The notes under the pieces are model-generated. The model saw nothing but the letters and a program-made list of their open reading frames with translations, was not told the origin of the DNA and ran no database searches. From Candidatus Latescibacterota bacterium (lineage in GTDB: Bacteria; Latescibacterota; UBA2968): a stretch of 64,000 nt of DNA. Both the position numbers and the translations under genes were made by a program. The stretch spans positions 3,520,001-3,584,000 of the forward strand of contig OZ220741.1 of assembly GCA_965116885.1 (NCBI GenBank). Direction: 5' to 3'. This document shows, piece after piece, positions 48,860 to 58,711 of this stretch. Numbering within the stretch: the first letter of the stretch is position 1; each line of letters begins with the position of its first letter.

Positions 48860-50167
48860 TCACGATCCTTTCGCCCGTTGAAACCAGTCAATGAGTTGGC
48901 TTTTAAGATCGTTATAAATCTCAGGATATTGACTGGCCAAATCATTGGCTTCGCCAATATCCTGATCGAGCTTGTACAATTCAAATTGCAATTCTTCAAT
49001 AGCCGGAATAGCCTCGGCAAATTGCCCGCGATGATTAGGGCCTGTACCAACCAGTTTCCAATCGTCTTTTACCGCTCCCATTTTCCCAAACAAATCCCAA
49101 AACACATACCGCCCTGGCAAATCTTCTTGCCCCTGTGATCTCAAATGCGCAAGCAAACTCACTCCATGAACTGGATGCTGTCCATTCATTTTGGGAATCT
49201 CAATGCCAGCCGCATCCAGCACAGTGGCAAACAAATCAAAATGCACAGCACCTGCATCAGATACCATCCCTTTGGGAATAACACCCGGCCACTGCATCAC
49301 CGCAGGCACGCGGATTCCACCTTCATATGTCATTCCTTTTTGCCCGCGTAAAGGGCCATTATTGCCCGGAAATTTATCAATCATTGCACCATTATCGCTC
49401 AAGTAGATGACAAGTGTGTTATCTACGATAGCCAACTCATGCAATGTCGCCATGATTTTACCCACACCATCATCCATATGATCCAGCACCGCACAATAGT
49501 CGCGCTTGGGGAACTCAATACCGCGATCTTCATACTTTTTTAACCACTCGGCTTTGCCCGATGTTTTGGGTGCCTGTTCTCGCCACAAGGGACCATGCAC
49601 AGCATTGTAAGGCACATAACAAAAAAACGGCTTATCACGATGTTTCCGAATAAAGTCAATCGCATAACCAGTAAACACATCCGTCAAATGATCTTCATGC
49701 ACCATGGGCTGGTCATTGTGCAAAAGGCGACTACCATCAAAAGGCCAATAGGGGTGTGCACCACCCAAAAATCCGACAAATTCTTCAAAACCGCGTTCAT
49801 TGGGCACATTGGGTGCATCATATCCCAAATGCCACTTGCCAAACATGCCAGTTTTATATCCTGCTTCCTTCAAAAACTCGGGCAAAAGTTTTACATCATC
49901 ATGAATGCGCCTTGGCAACGTATCTGTTTTCTGCCCCGGCAGTGATGGGCCACGCCACATGCCGCATTCCAAAGAATACTGCCCAGAAAAAAGAGATGCA
50001 CGCGTTGGCGCACAAAGTGGATTGACCCTCAACTGTGTAAAACGCACCCCATTTTTTGCAATCGCATCCATCGTTGGTGTATCGACCTCTGTATCCCAAT
50101 AACAACCCGCATCTCCATACCCCTGATCGTCTGTAACAATGATGAGAAAATTTGGTTTTGTGGCCAT
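48860..50167 (-). CDS. Sulfatase (chimeric 5' end)
   Basis: TDDQGYGD, CAPTR, GKWHLG and SDNG. The first 19 codons are nearly identical in DNA to those of 52925-54310. Confidence 0.93.
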   Translation of the reverse strand: MATKPNFLIIVTDDQGYGDAGCYWDTEVDTPTMDAIAKNGVRFTQLRVNPLCAPTRASLFSGQYSLECGMWRGPSLPGQKTDTLPRRIHDDVKLLPEFLKEAGYKTGMFGKWHLGYDAPNVPNERGFEEFVGFLGGAHPYWPFDGSRLLHNDQPMVHEDHLTDVFTGYAIDFIRKHRDKPFFCYVPYNAVHGPLWREQAPKTSGKAEWLKKYEDRGIEFPKRDYCAVLDHMDDGVGKIMATLHELAIVDNTLVIYLSDNGAMIDKFPGNNGPLRGQKGMTYEGGIRVPAVMQWPGVIPKGMVSDAGAVHFDLFATVLDAAGIEIPKMNGQHPVHGVSLLAHLRSQGQEDLPGRYVFWDLFGKMGAVKDDWKLVGTGPNHRGQFAEAIPAIEELQFELYKLDQDIGEANDLASQYPEIYNDLKSQLIDWFQRAKGS

Positions 50168-50172
50168 AATGA

Positions 50173-51015
50173 TCATTCCTTGAGTGCGGCAGCATCCTCA
50201 GCGATCCACTCTTTCCATCTCTCTTCGTCGGGTTGCATAAATCCACTGTTGGCTCGCCGAAATACATTTGCATCTTCGCCCAGGAGGCGCAGTAGGCGAC
50301 GATTGCCAGTCTCTCGTGCTCGCGCTTTGACTGCTTGAGAAATTGGGCCTGAATAATTGGCTCTGTGTTTAAGCCAGGAGTGATTCATCGTTAAAAAGAA
50401 AAGGTATCGGTATTCCTTTGAGTAATTGGCCGTTCCCGAGTGTACTATCGCATTGTGAAATACGGCGATATCTCCAGATTTGGGATAAAGGATGACTTCG
50501 TCAGGATGGGGTTGTTTTCTTTCTTCTTGTGTTAAAGATATTGCCTTCATGTGAGAACCTGGAATAATTCGCAGGGGGCCAATTTCATCATCGAGATCCT
50601 GTAAATAGCTCAGGGCATTGAAGAGTAAGGGCCTTTGGTAGATGCCTTCTTGAGGAAACTCGGCGAACATGTCCCGATGAAAACCCAGTACTGGATTTGT
50701 GTTTGGGTCCTGTGGCGCCGTGCGCCGATATGTGATGGATTCAAGCTGGACATGAGGGCCGACGATCATTTCAGCAAAGTCCAGGAGGCGCTTATTTGAC
50801 AAGGCAGAGAGAATGAGATCGGGTTTGTGTTCTAACACATCGACAAAGACCTGGGGTCGGCTGCCATCGGGATTGGGGAGGCGATCACCGATTTCTTCAA
50901 ATGAATCTCGCATGGCTTTGACCCAGACATCGTCCAGCATCTTTGGGAAAAGTGTAAATCCAACTGTTTTGAATTCTTTTAGGTGTTCTTCGAGGGATTT
51001 GGGCTCTTTTTGCAT
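50173..51015 (-). CDS. PhyH-family dioxygenase
   Basis: FHRD, GPLRIIPGSH and VHSG. RBS AGGAGG. Confidence 0.9.
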   Translation of the reverse strand: MQKEPKSLEEHLKEFKTVGFTLFPKMLDDVWVKAMRDSFEEIGDRLPNPDGSRPQVFVDVLEHKPDLILSALSNKRLLDFAEMIVGPHVQLESITYRRTAPQDPNTNPVLGFHRDMFAEFPQEGIYQRPLLFNALSYLQDLDDEIGPLRIIPGSHMKAISLTQEERKQPHPDEVILYPKSGDIAVFHNAIVHSGTANYSKEYRYLFFLTMNHSWLKHRANYSGPISQAVKARARETGNRRLLRLLGEDANVFRRANSGFMQPDEERWKEWIAEDAAALKE

Positions 51016-51058
51016 TTCAGCCTCCTGGTGTTTCAGTTTTCTTCATTTTGGGCAGAAT

Positions 51059-51360
51059 TCAGGATTGGAAAATCGTCCCGGGCCACGGGTAAGCGTTGGA
51101 TCCAGCCTCATCATCGATGGGGCCTTCCGGCAGTGTGGCTTGCCAATCCAGGACCTGCTCTGACATCTGCTTGACCAGGGTCTCTTCAAATTTGGCGTGA
51201 TTGACGAGTTCCATCGGGTCTGCAGGAATGTTGTATAGTTCGACACGGCTTCTGTCCGGTTCGAACGTGGATATCCTCAGGGCCGTTGTCAGCTGAGAAG
51301 ATGACAATCGTATTGTCGGAAAGGCCCAGTTGATCCAGCCGATCCCTGAGCCGTCCAATA
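51059..51360 (-). pseudogene. Sulfatase pseudogene (two fragments joined out of frame)
   Basis: IGRLRDRLDQLGLSDNTIVIFSADNGPED is joined near 51264 to the C-terminal VELYNIPADPME...YPWPG in another frame. The N-terminal half is absent. Confidence 0.88.
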
Positions 51361-51375
51361 AGGATAAAACACAAA

Positions 51376-51402
51376 GTAGGCGGTAAGCCTTTACGCCCCT
51401 AC
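51376..51402. repeat. Degenerate GTAG-type REP-like palindrome
   Basis: GTAGGcggtaagcctttacgccCCTAC, single copy in the window. Confidence 0.35.
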
Positions 51403-51445
51403 GGTGCCAGGGCTGTCAGGTAGGAGTGTCCCCATCAATGGCGTA

Positions 51446-52921
51446 TCAATAACGAGGGTCGCCAGCTTCAATTGTTCGTTCCAGCAGCCTGCTGCGCATG
51501 GCTTCTTCCCGATCTCGATAATCCGGGTTTCCCGCCAGATTCACCAGTTCGCCCGGGTCGTTCTGCAAGTCGTAAAGTTCAGAACGATCATTCACATAAT
51601 GTGCGTATTTCCACTTCTCGTTTCGAACCATGCGACCCCGAGAAAGGAAGAACGTTCCCGACTCAACCAGCGGCAATTCAGGTACGGGCTCCGTCCGACT
51701 TATGCCGGCTTTCAGCGCGTCCAGTTCTGCTTCTGGTCCTCCCTCTGGCAATGGCTGACGGCTGCCAACTTCCGCATAGGTGCAGTCTCTTTCTGGAGCC
51801 ATACCCGACATCATATCTGTCACACTTCTACCCTGAACACCCGGCGGGATCGAGATTCCGTTACTCTGGAGTAATGTAGGCATCAAGTCGATTTGCTCAA
51901 TTTGCAGTGCGTTTGTTGCACCATCCCGTGCATGTTCCAAACCCCTTACGATCAATGGGACCTGGACAATGCAGTCGTAGAATGCAGCTGTTTTCCGAAT
52001 GAGTCCGTGTTCGCCCAGGTACTCACCGTGGTCTCCTGTGGCAACAATGATGGTGTCGTCCCAACGACCAAGCGCTTTTAGTCCATCAAAGAATTTGCCC
52101 AGGCATTCATCCAGGTGCCTGAGCATGCCGTAGTAGTACGTCATTGTCTGCCGCAGCTGCTCGTCATCCATGAGATGCAGCCATCCGCCGTGATAATAGA
52201 CTTGCTGAACGAATGGTTTTGAGTCCAATTCATCCTGAGGTCTATGTGGGAGAGGCATGTCCTCTGGTTTGTACATCGTGGCAAAAGGTTCGGGAGCCCG
52301 ATAGGGCGGATGAACATCGGAAAAGCTCAACCACACAAACGAAGGCTCGCCCCCCTTCCTTTCGAGATAATCGAGGGCCTGATTCACGTTGGCTCTTGCT
52401 GGCGTTTCAGCAGGATCGAAAGGGTAGGTTCCGCCATACCAGATTGGGTTTGGGTGATCTCCCCAACGGAAACGTCTTGTCTGTGATTCGAACACAGATG
52501 GGTCGATGGGTATTGCAGGCCCAGGAAATGGCTTCCCATAGGCTTCTCGCTGCTTTTGCCGAAGTGGTGACTCTTCAATACACGCTTCAAATCCTGCTGT
52601 TTTGGCATCTGGAAAACAGTGGTTTTTCCCAAATAGGCCACAGCCGACACCAGCATCTTTCAAGAGCCCTGGCAGATGAACCCTTTCCTTTTCTTGCATC
52701 AACAGCGTGTTGTCTCTGGAACCTGTAACGCTGGGATAACGACCCGTGAAAAATGCGACCCGTGATGCGACGCAGAGCGGAGAAGGTACGGTGCAGTTTT
52801 CAAACCTGATGGCTTCGCTGGCAAAGCGATCCAGATGAGGTGTCGCTCCGACGGGATTGCCATAGCATCCTAATGCGCGAGCGGCAAGATGCTCAATGGT
52901 GATTACGACGATGTTTTTCAT
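51446..52921 (-). CDS. Sulfatase with atypical N-terminal metal motif
   Basis: CVASR, GKNH and TGDHGE. ITIEHL replaces the usual DD/DQ. Confidence 0.9.
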   Translation of the reverse strand: MKNIVVITIEHLAARALGCYGNPVGATPHLDRFASEAIRFENCTVPSPLCVASRVAFFTGRYPSVTGSRDNTLLMQEKERVHLPGLLKDAGVGCGLFGKNHCFPDAKTAGFEACIEESPLRQKQREAYGKPFPGPAIPIDPSVFESQTRRFRWGDHPNPIWYGGTYPFDPAETPARANVNQALDYLERKGGEPSFVWLSFSDVHPPYRAPEPFATMYKPEDMPLPHRPQDELDSKPFVQQVYYHGGWLHLMDDEQLRQTMTYYYGMLRHLDECLGKFFDGLKALGRWDDTIIVATGDHGEYLGEHGLIRKTAAFYDCIVQVPLIVRGLEHARDGATNALQIEQIDLMPTLLQSNGISIPPGVQGRSVTDMMSGMAPERDCTYAEVGSRQPLPEGGPEAELDALKAGISRTEPVPELPLVESGTFFLSRGRMVRNEKWKYAHYVNDRSELYDLQNDPGELVNLAGNPDYRDREEAMRSRLLERTIEAGDPRY

Positions 52922-52924
52922 CTC

Positions 52925-54310
52925 TTAGCTCCTATCGACTTCCTCAGACCAGGCTCTGTACAATTCCTGCAGGTGCTCAACGACCCTGGGATGCTGGTCA
53001 ATCAGATCTTGACTCTCGGAGGGATCTTCCTTCAGGTTAAACAGGCAGGTCTTCTGGAGAAGCTCTGTGCGTTCAACGATCCCATCGCAGGGCTCTCGAC
53101 CTCTCCTGCCACCTTTATGCAACAGTTTCCAATCACCAGAGCGCACGGCATAACTGTCGCCCCAGCGCCAGAAGAGGTCTCGCTGGTCTGCGATTTTTGT
53201 GACATCTTTTGGGATGGCTTGACCATCCAAACCTTCTGGCAGATTGATGCCTGCCGCCTGCAGACAGGTCGGAAGAATATCGAGCGTTGAGATTGTCCTG
53301 TCACAGATCGTTCCAGATGCCGACTCATTTGGACAGGCGAGAATGAACGGCACGCGAATCCCGCCTTCCCAGAGCGTAAACTTGCTCCCGGCAAGCGGCA
53401 GGTTGCAGGCACCGGTGTTCGGTGCGCCTCCGTTGTCTGAAAACATGATCACGATGGTGTTGTCGGCAAGCGATAGCTGATCCAACGTGTCCAGGAGGCG
53501 ACCGATATTGTCGTCGAGGCAGTTGAGGTTCGCCAGGTAGTATCTGCGAAACTCATCTGCATTGATCTCGCCGAGGGTGACATACCTTTTGAACCAGTCT
53601 TCATAACTGCCCATGGTCTCCGGATCGTAGTTTGGAATCTCCCTTACGCCGTGCTTGTCGAGGTATCGCCTGGGCACCTGATGAATCAGGTGATGCACGG
53701 AGTTGTAGGAGAGCGTTACAAAGAAAGGTTCTTCCTGATGGCTCTCGAGAAAATCGATTGTCGCATCGGTGAAGATCTCCGTCAGATAACCTTCTCCAAA
53801 TTCTTTGTAACCCCGATTGTGCATGAGTGGGCCGACAACCGCGCTGTGCCCTTTTGGATCGGGCGTGCGATCTTCGATATCTCTGGCGAGGAGGAAATAG
53901 TCGTGGCCGTGTGCCGAGAAGCCGAGAAACTCGTCGTAGCCGTGGTTCAGCGGGTATTCGTGAGCTTCGTGATCGTGAAAGCCCAGGCCGTAATCGTTCT
54001 TGCCGAAACGCGCTGTGGTATAGCCGTTAGCCTTCATGATTTCGGCGATGTTCTTTTCTGTTTCAGGATGTCCGCATAAAAAGGAGGATTTCGGATCCCA
54101 GCGCACCTGGTGCCTCCCCGTATTCCATCCAGCACGCGAAGGGCTGCACACCGGGGCTGTGACGTAGGCCTGTGAAAAGAGAACGCCGCGCTCAGCGAGC
54201 CGATCCATATTCGGCGTCTGCACATCTGGCGCATGATGACTGAATGCAGTCAGATCTCCGTAGCCCTGATCGTCTGTAACAATGATGAGAAAATTTGGTT
54301 TTGTGCCCAT
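52925..54310 (-). CDS. Sulfatase
   Basis: TDDQGYGD, CSPSR and SDNGG. GKND replaces GKWH. Confidence 0.92.
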   Translation of the reverse strand: MGTKPNFLIIVTDDQGYGDLTAFSHHAPDVQTPNMDRLAERGVLFSQAYVTAPVCSPSRAGWNTGRHQVRWDPKSSFLCGHPETEKNIAEIMKANGYTTARFGKNDYGLGFHDHEAHEYPLNHGYDEFLGFSAHGHDYFLLARDIEDRTPDPKGHSAVVGPLMHNRGYKEFGEGYLTEIFTDATIDFLESHQEEPFFVTLSYNSVHHLIHQVPRRYLDKHGVREIPNYDPETMGSYEDWFKRYVTLGEINADEFRRYYLANLNCLDDNIGRLLDTLDQLSLADNTIVIMFSDNGGAPNTGACNLPLAGSKFTLWEGGIRVPFILACPNESASGTICDRTISTLDILPTCLQAAGINLPEGLDGQAIPKDVTKIADQRDLFWRWGDSYAVRSGDWKLLHKGGRRGREPCDGIVERTELLQKTCLFNLKEDPSESQDLIDQHPRVVEHLQELYRAWSEEVDRS

Positions 54311-54441
54311 AATGATCTCCCCGGTCTTCCAGGTGTATTCTTCATTCCAATTCCTTGTCTTGTCGTCCTGTCAATACCCAGTTTATCGTGGCCATGGTGA
54401 TGAGTTGCACCTGACCTTTGCCATCCACAATGTGGAAGAGC

Positions 54442-55920
54442 TCACGCAAACCCGCCGAGAAGCTGCTCTCTGGTCATTATCTTGACTGGCGGCAGGTTAT
54501 CGACCATTCCCGCGTCCGTGCGTCGAAGCTCATCAATGGTCCCTTGCCGCAATTGGGCGAGCAACTCGTGGTAATCGGATTCCAAAGCGAGGTTTTCCAG
54601 TTCCTCGGGGTCATTCTCGAGATCGTACATCTCTTCGATCTCCTCGGGGACGAGCCAGCGGATATATTTGTACTTTCCCGTGCACAGAGATACCCACCAG
54701 GGGATAGGAGGATTGCCTATTGGCTCACCACAGCCGACATCGGTGTCTTCTCCAAAACAATGACCCGTACACTCCATCAGCAGCGGGCGATCCCATTCGG
54801 CGTTGGGGTCGGAGAGCAATGGTGTCAGGTCCTCCCCGTGCATCTTCCAGGGTTGTTCCATGCCGATCAACGAGAGAAAGGTCGGCGGGATATCCTGGCC
54901 GCCGATTGGCACATCGCATACTGTGCCTGCGGGAATTTGTCCCGGCAGCCGCATGATCATCGGCGCTTTGATATTGGCATCATAGGGCGCCACCTTGAGT
55001 CGAAAGCCGTGCTGTCCCCAGGCGAATCCCTGGTCCGACGTAAAGACGACCAGGGTATCATCCAATTGCCCCATCTCCTCTATGGCGCCGATCACCCTAC
55101 CGACCCCTTCATCCAGGGCGCGAACGCCCCGGTTGTATTGTTGTTCCCAATCGGTGAGGGTCCGTCCATCCCGGATGCCTACCGGTTGGCCCTGATCTCC
55201 CTCACGCCAAACACCATAGTCCCGCATATGTGTCGCCTTGGTCGGGCGCGGCGGGTAGATGTCTTCTGGCGTGGGGACCTGGGAAACATCTGGATAATCG
55301 TGGAGATGGCGGTCAGCCACTTCCCAGGGTCCGTGTACTGCGTCATAGCACAGCCAGAGGTGCCAGGGCTTATCCGGTTCTTCTGCCCGTCCACGGAGAA
55401 ATTCAAGTGCATACTCCGTGTAGTTATCGGTAGAATAGCCGCCAACCGGTTCCGGCGGCCCCCCGTTGATACTCATGCTCTGATTGACATAATAGGGCCC
55501 GTATTTCTCGGGTTGGCTGTGGTCCCAGATGGCAGAAAAATCCCAGTACCGACCGTGACCATGATCGGGACCTGTGTGCCATTTGCCGACGATGCCTGTG
55601 TACCAACCGTTCTCACGGAGATTCTCGAGCCAGTACGGACACTGGTCTGGATCGCGGACATAGTTTGGGTAGCTCGTGGGCAGGTGCATGCTCATCACGC
55701 CATGCGGCAATTTTCCGGTCAGGTACGTGGCGCGCGAAGGCGCACACCAGGCACTGGTATAGCAGTTGGAAAAACGCATCCCCTCATGGGCGAGGCGGTC
55801 GATGTTTGGCGTACTGATCCACGAATGCGCCTCGGGATAGCAACTCACAGACCGAAAGCTCTGATCGTCGGTGAAGATGTATAAAATGTTGCGCGGATGG
55901 TTCGATTGATCATCGTTCAT
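54442..55920 (-). CDS. Sulfatase
   Basis: IFTDDQ, CAPSR, GKWH and TSDQG. Confidence 0.93.
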   Translation of the reverse strand: MNDDQSNHPRNILYIFTDDQSFRSVSCYPEAHSWISTPNIDRLAHEGMRFSNCYTSAWCAPSRATYLTGKLPHGVMSMHLPTSYPNYVRDPDQCPYWLENLRENGWYTGIVGKWHTGPDHGHGRYWDFSAIWDHSQPEKYGPYYVNQSMSINGGPPEPVGGYSTDNYTEYALEFLRGRAEEPDKPWHLWLCYDAVHGPWEVADRHLHDYPDVSQVPTPEDIYPPRPTKATHMRDYGVWREGDQGQPVGIRDGRTLTDWEQQYNRGVRALDEGVGRVIGAIEEMGQLDDTLVVFTSDQGFAWGQHGFRLKVAPYDANIKAPMIMRLPGQIPAGTVCDVPIGGQDIPPTFLSLIGMEQPWKMHGEDLTPLLSDPNAEWDRPLLMECTGHCFGEDTDVGCGEPIGNPPIPWWVSLCTGKYKYIRWLVPEEIEEMYDLENDPEELENLALESDYHELLAQLRQGTIDELRRTDAGMVDNLPPVKIMTREQLLGGFA

Positions 55921-56012
55921 TTTGGTTCTCCGTAATGTATGTGGTCAGGTAAACCAGACCATGGTTCGCTTCTATTTCCCTGTTCTGCATCTATCCGAAT
56001 CAGCGCCCTTGA

Positions 56013-57086
56013 TCAGACCTCAGAGCCTGCAAGAGTGCGAACAGTCTCGCTCCAATCATCCCAAAGCCCCGGATCTTCCGGGCGAGGCTCTGGCGGGGGA
56101 ACTTCTGGCCCAAGTTCAAGTTCGTGGATTTTTCTCACGTTGGGCGGTGGCGATGGTCGTGGGCCTTTGACATAACGGCCGTTGTATGTTCTGTTATATA
56201 CAGATTTTTTGTAAGCATCATAAAGAATCATCTGTCGAATCTGCGGAGGATTGCTGTAGTTCCGCGTTGCCGAGTGGAACATTCGCCCGTGCCACAAAAC
56301 CACATCGCCCTCGTCACCAAAAAATTCAAAGGGTTCAATGTCGGCGAGTGCGTCCTTGAGTCCTGCAGGCTGCGGCAAAACAAATGCCGCAGCGCCGCTT
56401 TCCGGGTGGGGCGCATGTAGAATTGAATAGCGGGCAAGATCTACAGAGTCCGGCTCTGCTTCGTAGAGCAAACGGTGACTGCCGGGAAAAAGGGCGATGC
56501 CACCTCCACCTTTGGGAACCTGGTCAACGTATGCGCTTGCCACCAGATGCATCGGCTCGGGATCAATGTGTGCACCGGCACGGACGGCATCCGCCAGAGC
56601 AGGTGAGTCGCTCTTGCGCTCTCTCGGCAGCACGCAGTACATACCGCGCAACTCCTTGCCACCCCAGACCGGCCAGCCACGCAACCGACTTCCACGCGGA
56701 TCTGGATCGGCCGCGGAGGAAGTTACCTCTGGTGTCACAACTTCACCTTCGCCGAGAAGTTGCTCAAACCACGGGAATACACGGCGTGGAAGCAAGTTGA
56801 TTAAGTCCTCGTCGCCAGAGAGTTCACGCAATCGCCAGCCGTGGGCACCGGTGCGATCATTCATGCCATCAGGGGTGCTTTGACGTTCTTCCTCAGGGAC
56901 ACCGTTTAACCAGGTATTAGGATCATCCCGGCGCAAATGACTTGAGGTATTCCCTGCCCACAACCTATCTCGTGCAGCAGCACAAAGTTTGGGGTCGAGG
57001 ATCTTTCGTTTTACGAGGAATCCATTCGTGATAAACTGTTGGATCTCCTCTGTGCTAAGGGGTGTCAATGCTGTATCCATAGACAT
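56013..57086 (-). CDS. PhyH-family dioxygenase
   Basis: FITNGFLV, AHID, GGGIALFPGSH, GDVVLWH and FHSA. Confidence 0.85.
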   Translation of the reverse strand: MSMDTALTPLSTEEIQQFITNGFLVKRKILDPKLCAAARDRLWAGNTSSHLRRDDPNTWLNGVPEEERQSTPDGMNDRTGAHGWRLRELSGDEDLINLLPRRVFPWFEQLLGEGEVVTPEVTSSAADPDPRGSRLRGWPVWGGKELRGMYCVLPRERKSDSPALADAVRAGAHIDPEPMHLVASAYVDQVPKGGGGIALFPGSHRLLYEAEPDSVDLARYSILHAPHPESGAAAFVLPQPAGLKDALADIEPFEFFGDEGDVVLWHGRMFHSATRNYSNPPQIRQMILYDAYKKSVYNRTYNGRYVKGPRPSPPPNVRKIHELELGPEVPPPEPRPEDPGLWDDWSETVRTLAGSEV

Positions 57087-57137
57087 AAGCCTTCTTTCTG
57101 CGATTCGTTTTCGCTGACAGTACTTTTTAATTTTCGT

Positions 57138-58487
57138 TTACACTTGCTTCCTGCGAAATGCGTGGGGATTGACGATTTCATATCCCCATCGATCCAACAA
57201 TTCATGCCCGTTCTCAAACGCGTCGTTCTGTTCCCTCAATAGGTCTGAAAGCAAACCTTCCAGATGCGTTTGAACAGATTCTGCCTCAGGCCGACCACAA
57301 AGGTTCTCCAACTGATAAGGATCTGCCTCATTGTCATACAACAACCAGGGCCCCTCCAGGTCGCGCACATAAGTATAACGGCTCGTGCGAACGCCTCGAT
57401 ATTCTCTGCCACCATGTTCATAAGAATAATTGGCAAACGGAACGTAGCATCCAAAAAGTGAAGCCTCCAAAGGCGCATCGGCTTCACCAAGCATGTGTTT
57501 GGCAAAACTCACCCCTTCGACGCCTTCCGGTACAGGCGCGCCTACCAGATCCAGCAAGGTTGGCATCATATCCGGGATACCAAAAGGGGTGTCGATTTGG
57601 CGACCAATCCCATCTGGCAAACGCAACAGAAAAGGCACAAGAATGGATTCATCCCAGGGCCGTATTTTTCGATCGTGACCTTGTGACCCATTCATTTCAC
57701 CGTGGTCAGACGTAAACACAAGAATCGTATCCTCTGTCATCCCGAGGCGTTCAAGTGCTTCTTCAACACGCCCAACACAGTGATCAAGTGCCGTAATATG
57801 CGCATAATAACCCCACATATCATTCCGGGCAGTCGCCTCACACTCAGCAGGCACATTGTCTCTCAATACGATTTCATCTTCATTGTAGAGCGCTCTGTAT
57901 TCTTCCGGCACTTTGTGGAAAGGGTTATGAGGCGGGCCGTAGGATACAAAAAGGGAAAACGGATCTTCCTTCTCCTCTCTGCCTTCCAGATATTCAATCG
58001 CACAATCTGTCTGTGCAAACGCATCGTATCCTTCCCACTTTTTCATAATGCCCGAGTCATCATAATAGGGCGAATCGTAATAATTGTGCGAGCATTCGTG
58101 CGCGCGCCAAAAGTCAAAGCCCAACCGTCGCTCAGGTGGGATGAAATTCTGCTCGTGGGTATCCCCGTCCAAATGCCACTTGCCAATATATGCGGTGTCA
58201 TAACCGTGTGACTTTAGAACCTCAGCGAATGTGGTCGTATCGGGCTCAAGCCGAATCTGGTTTAAAAAAATCCCATGCGTCAGTGGATATTGCCCGGTCA
58301 AAAGACAGGCACGAGCCGGACAACAAACCGGGCACGTTGACACAGTCGTATCCAACCGAATACTCTTTTGAGCCAGGGCATCGAGATTGGGTGTCTTAAC
58401 ATTTGGATCTCCCGCATACCCGGTCGCCTGTGCGCGCCACTGATCGGTCAAAATGAATACAATATTGGGCTTTTCTTTCTTGGCCAC
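57138..58487 (-). CDS. Sulfatase
   Basis: ILTDQWR, CCPAR, GKWHL and TSDHGE. RBS GAGGAGG before GTG. Confidence 0.93.
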   Translation of the reverse strand: MAKKEKPNIVFILTDQWRAQATGYAGDPNVKTPNLDALAQKSIRLDTTVSTCPVCCPARACLLTGQYPLTHGIFLNQIRLEPDTTTFAEVLKSHGYDTAYIGKWHLDGDTHEQNFIPPERRLGFDFWRAHECSHNYYDSPYYDDSGIMKKWEGYDAFAQTDCAIEYLEGREEKEDPFSLFVSYGPPHNPFHKVPEEYRALYNEDEIVLRDNVPAECEATARNDMWGYYAHITALDHCVGRVEEALERLGMTEDTILVFTSDHGEMNGSQGHDRKIRPWDESILVPFLLRLPDGIGRQIDTPFGIPDMMPTLLDLVGAPVPEGVEGVSFAKHMLGEADAPLEASLFGCYVPFANYSYEHGGREYRGVRTSRYTYVRDLEGPWLLYDNEADPYQLENLCGRPEAESVQTHLEGLLSDLLREQNDAFENGHELLDRWGYEIVNPHAFRRKQV

Positions 58488-58711
58488 AATAACCTCCTCA
58501 GATTACTTCATGCTAATAATGGATCATTCCTTTCAGCTTCCTCGTATTTCAGCAACATCCAATCACAAAGCAATCAGATCACAATCACAGGAAAATTGAC
58601 TACCCGGATTCCATGATAATTAATCAACTATTGATAATCAATGAAAACGCGAAGGAACGTCAGGAGCAGGGATTCAAAATGGTTGCGTGCGGTTTAAATT
58701 CGGCGTTACAC

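Noticed and set aside
54418..55884. 488-aa plus-strand ORF
   Set aside because: Antisense shadow of the motif-complete sulfatase 54442-55920.
58687..58711. GTGCGGTTTAAATTCGGCGTTACAC resembles the right half of an attC site
   Set aside because: There is no complementary left half nearby, the core is not GTTRRRY, and it is a single occurrence.
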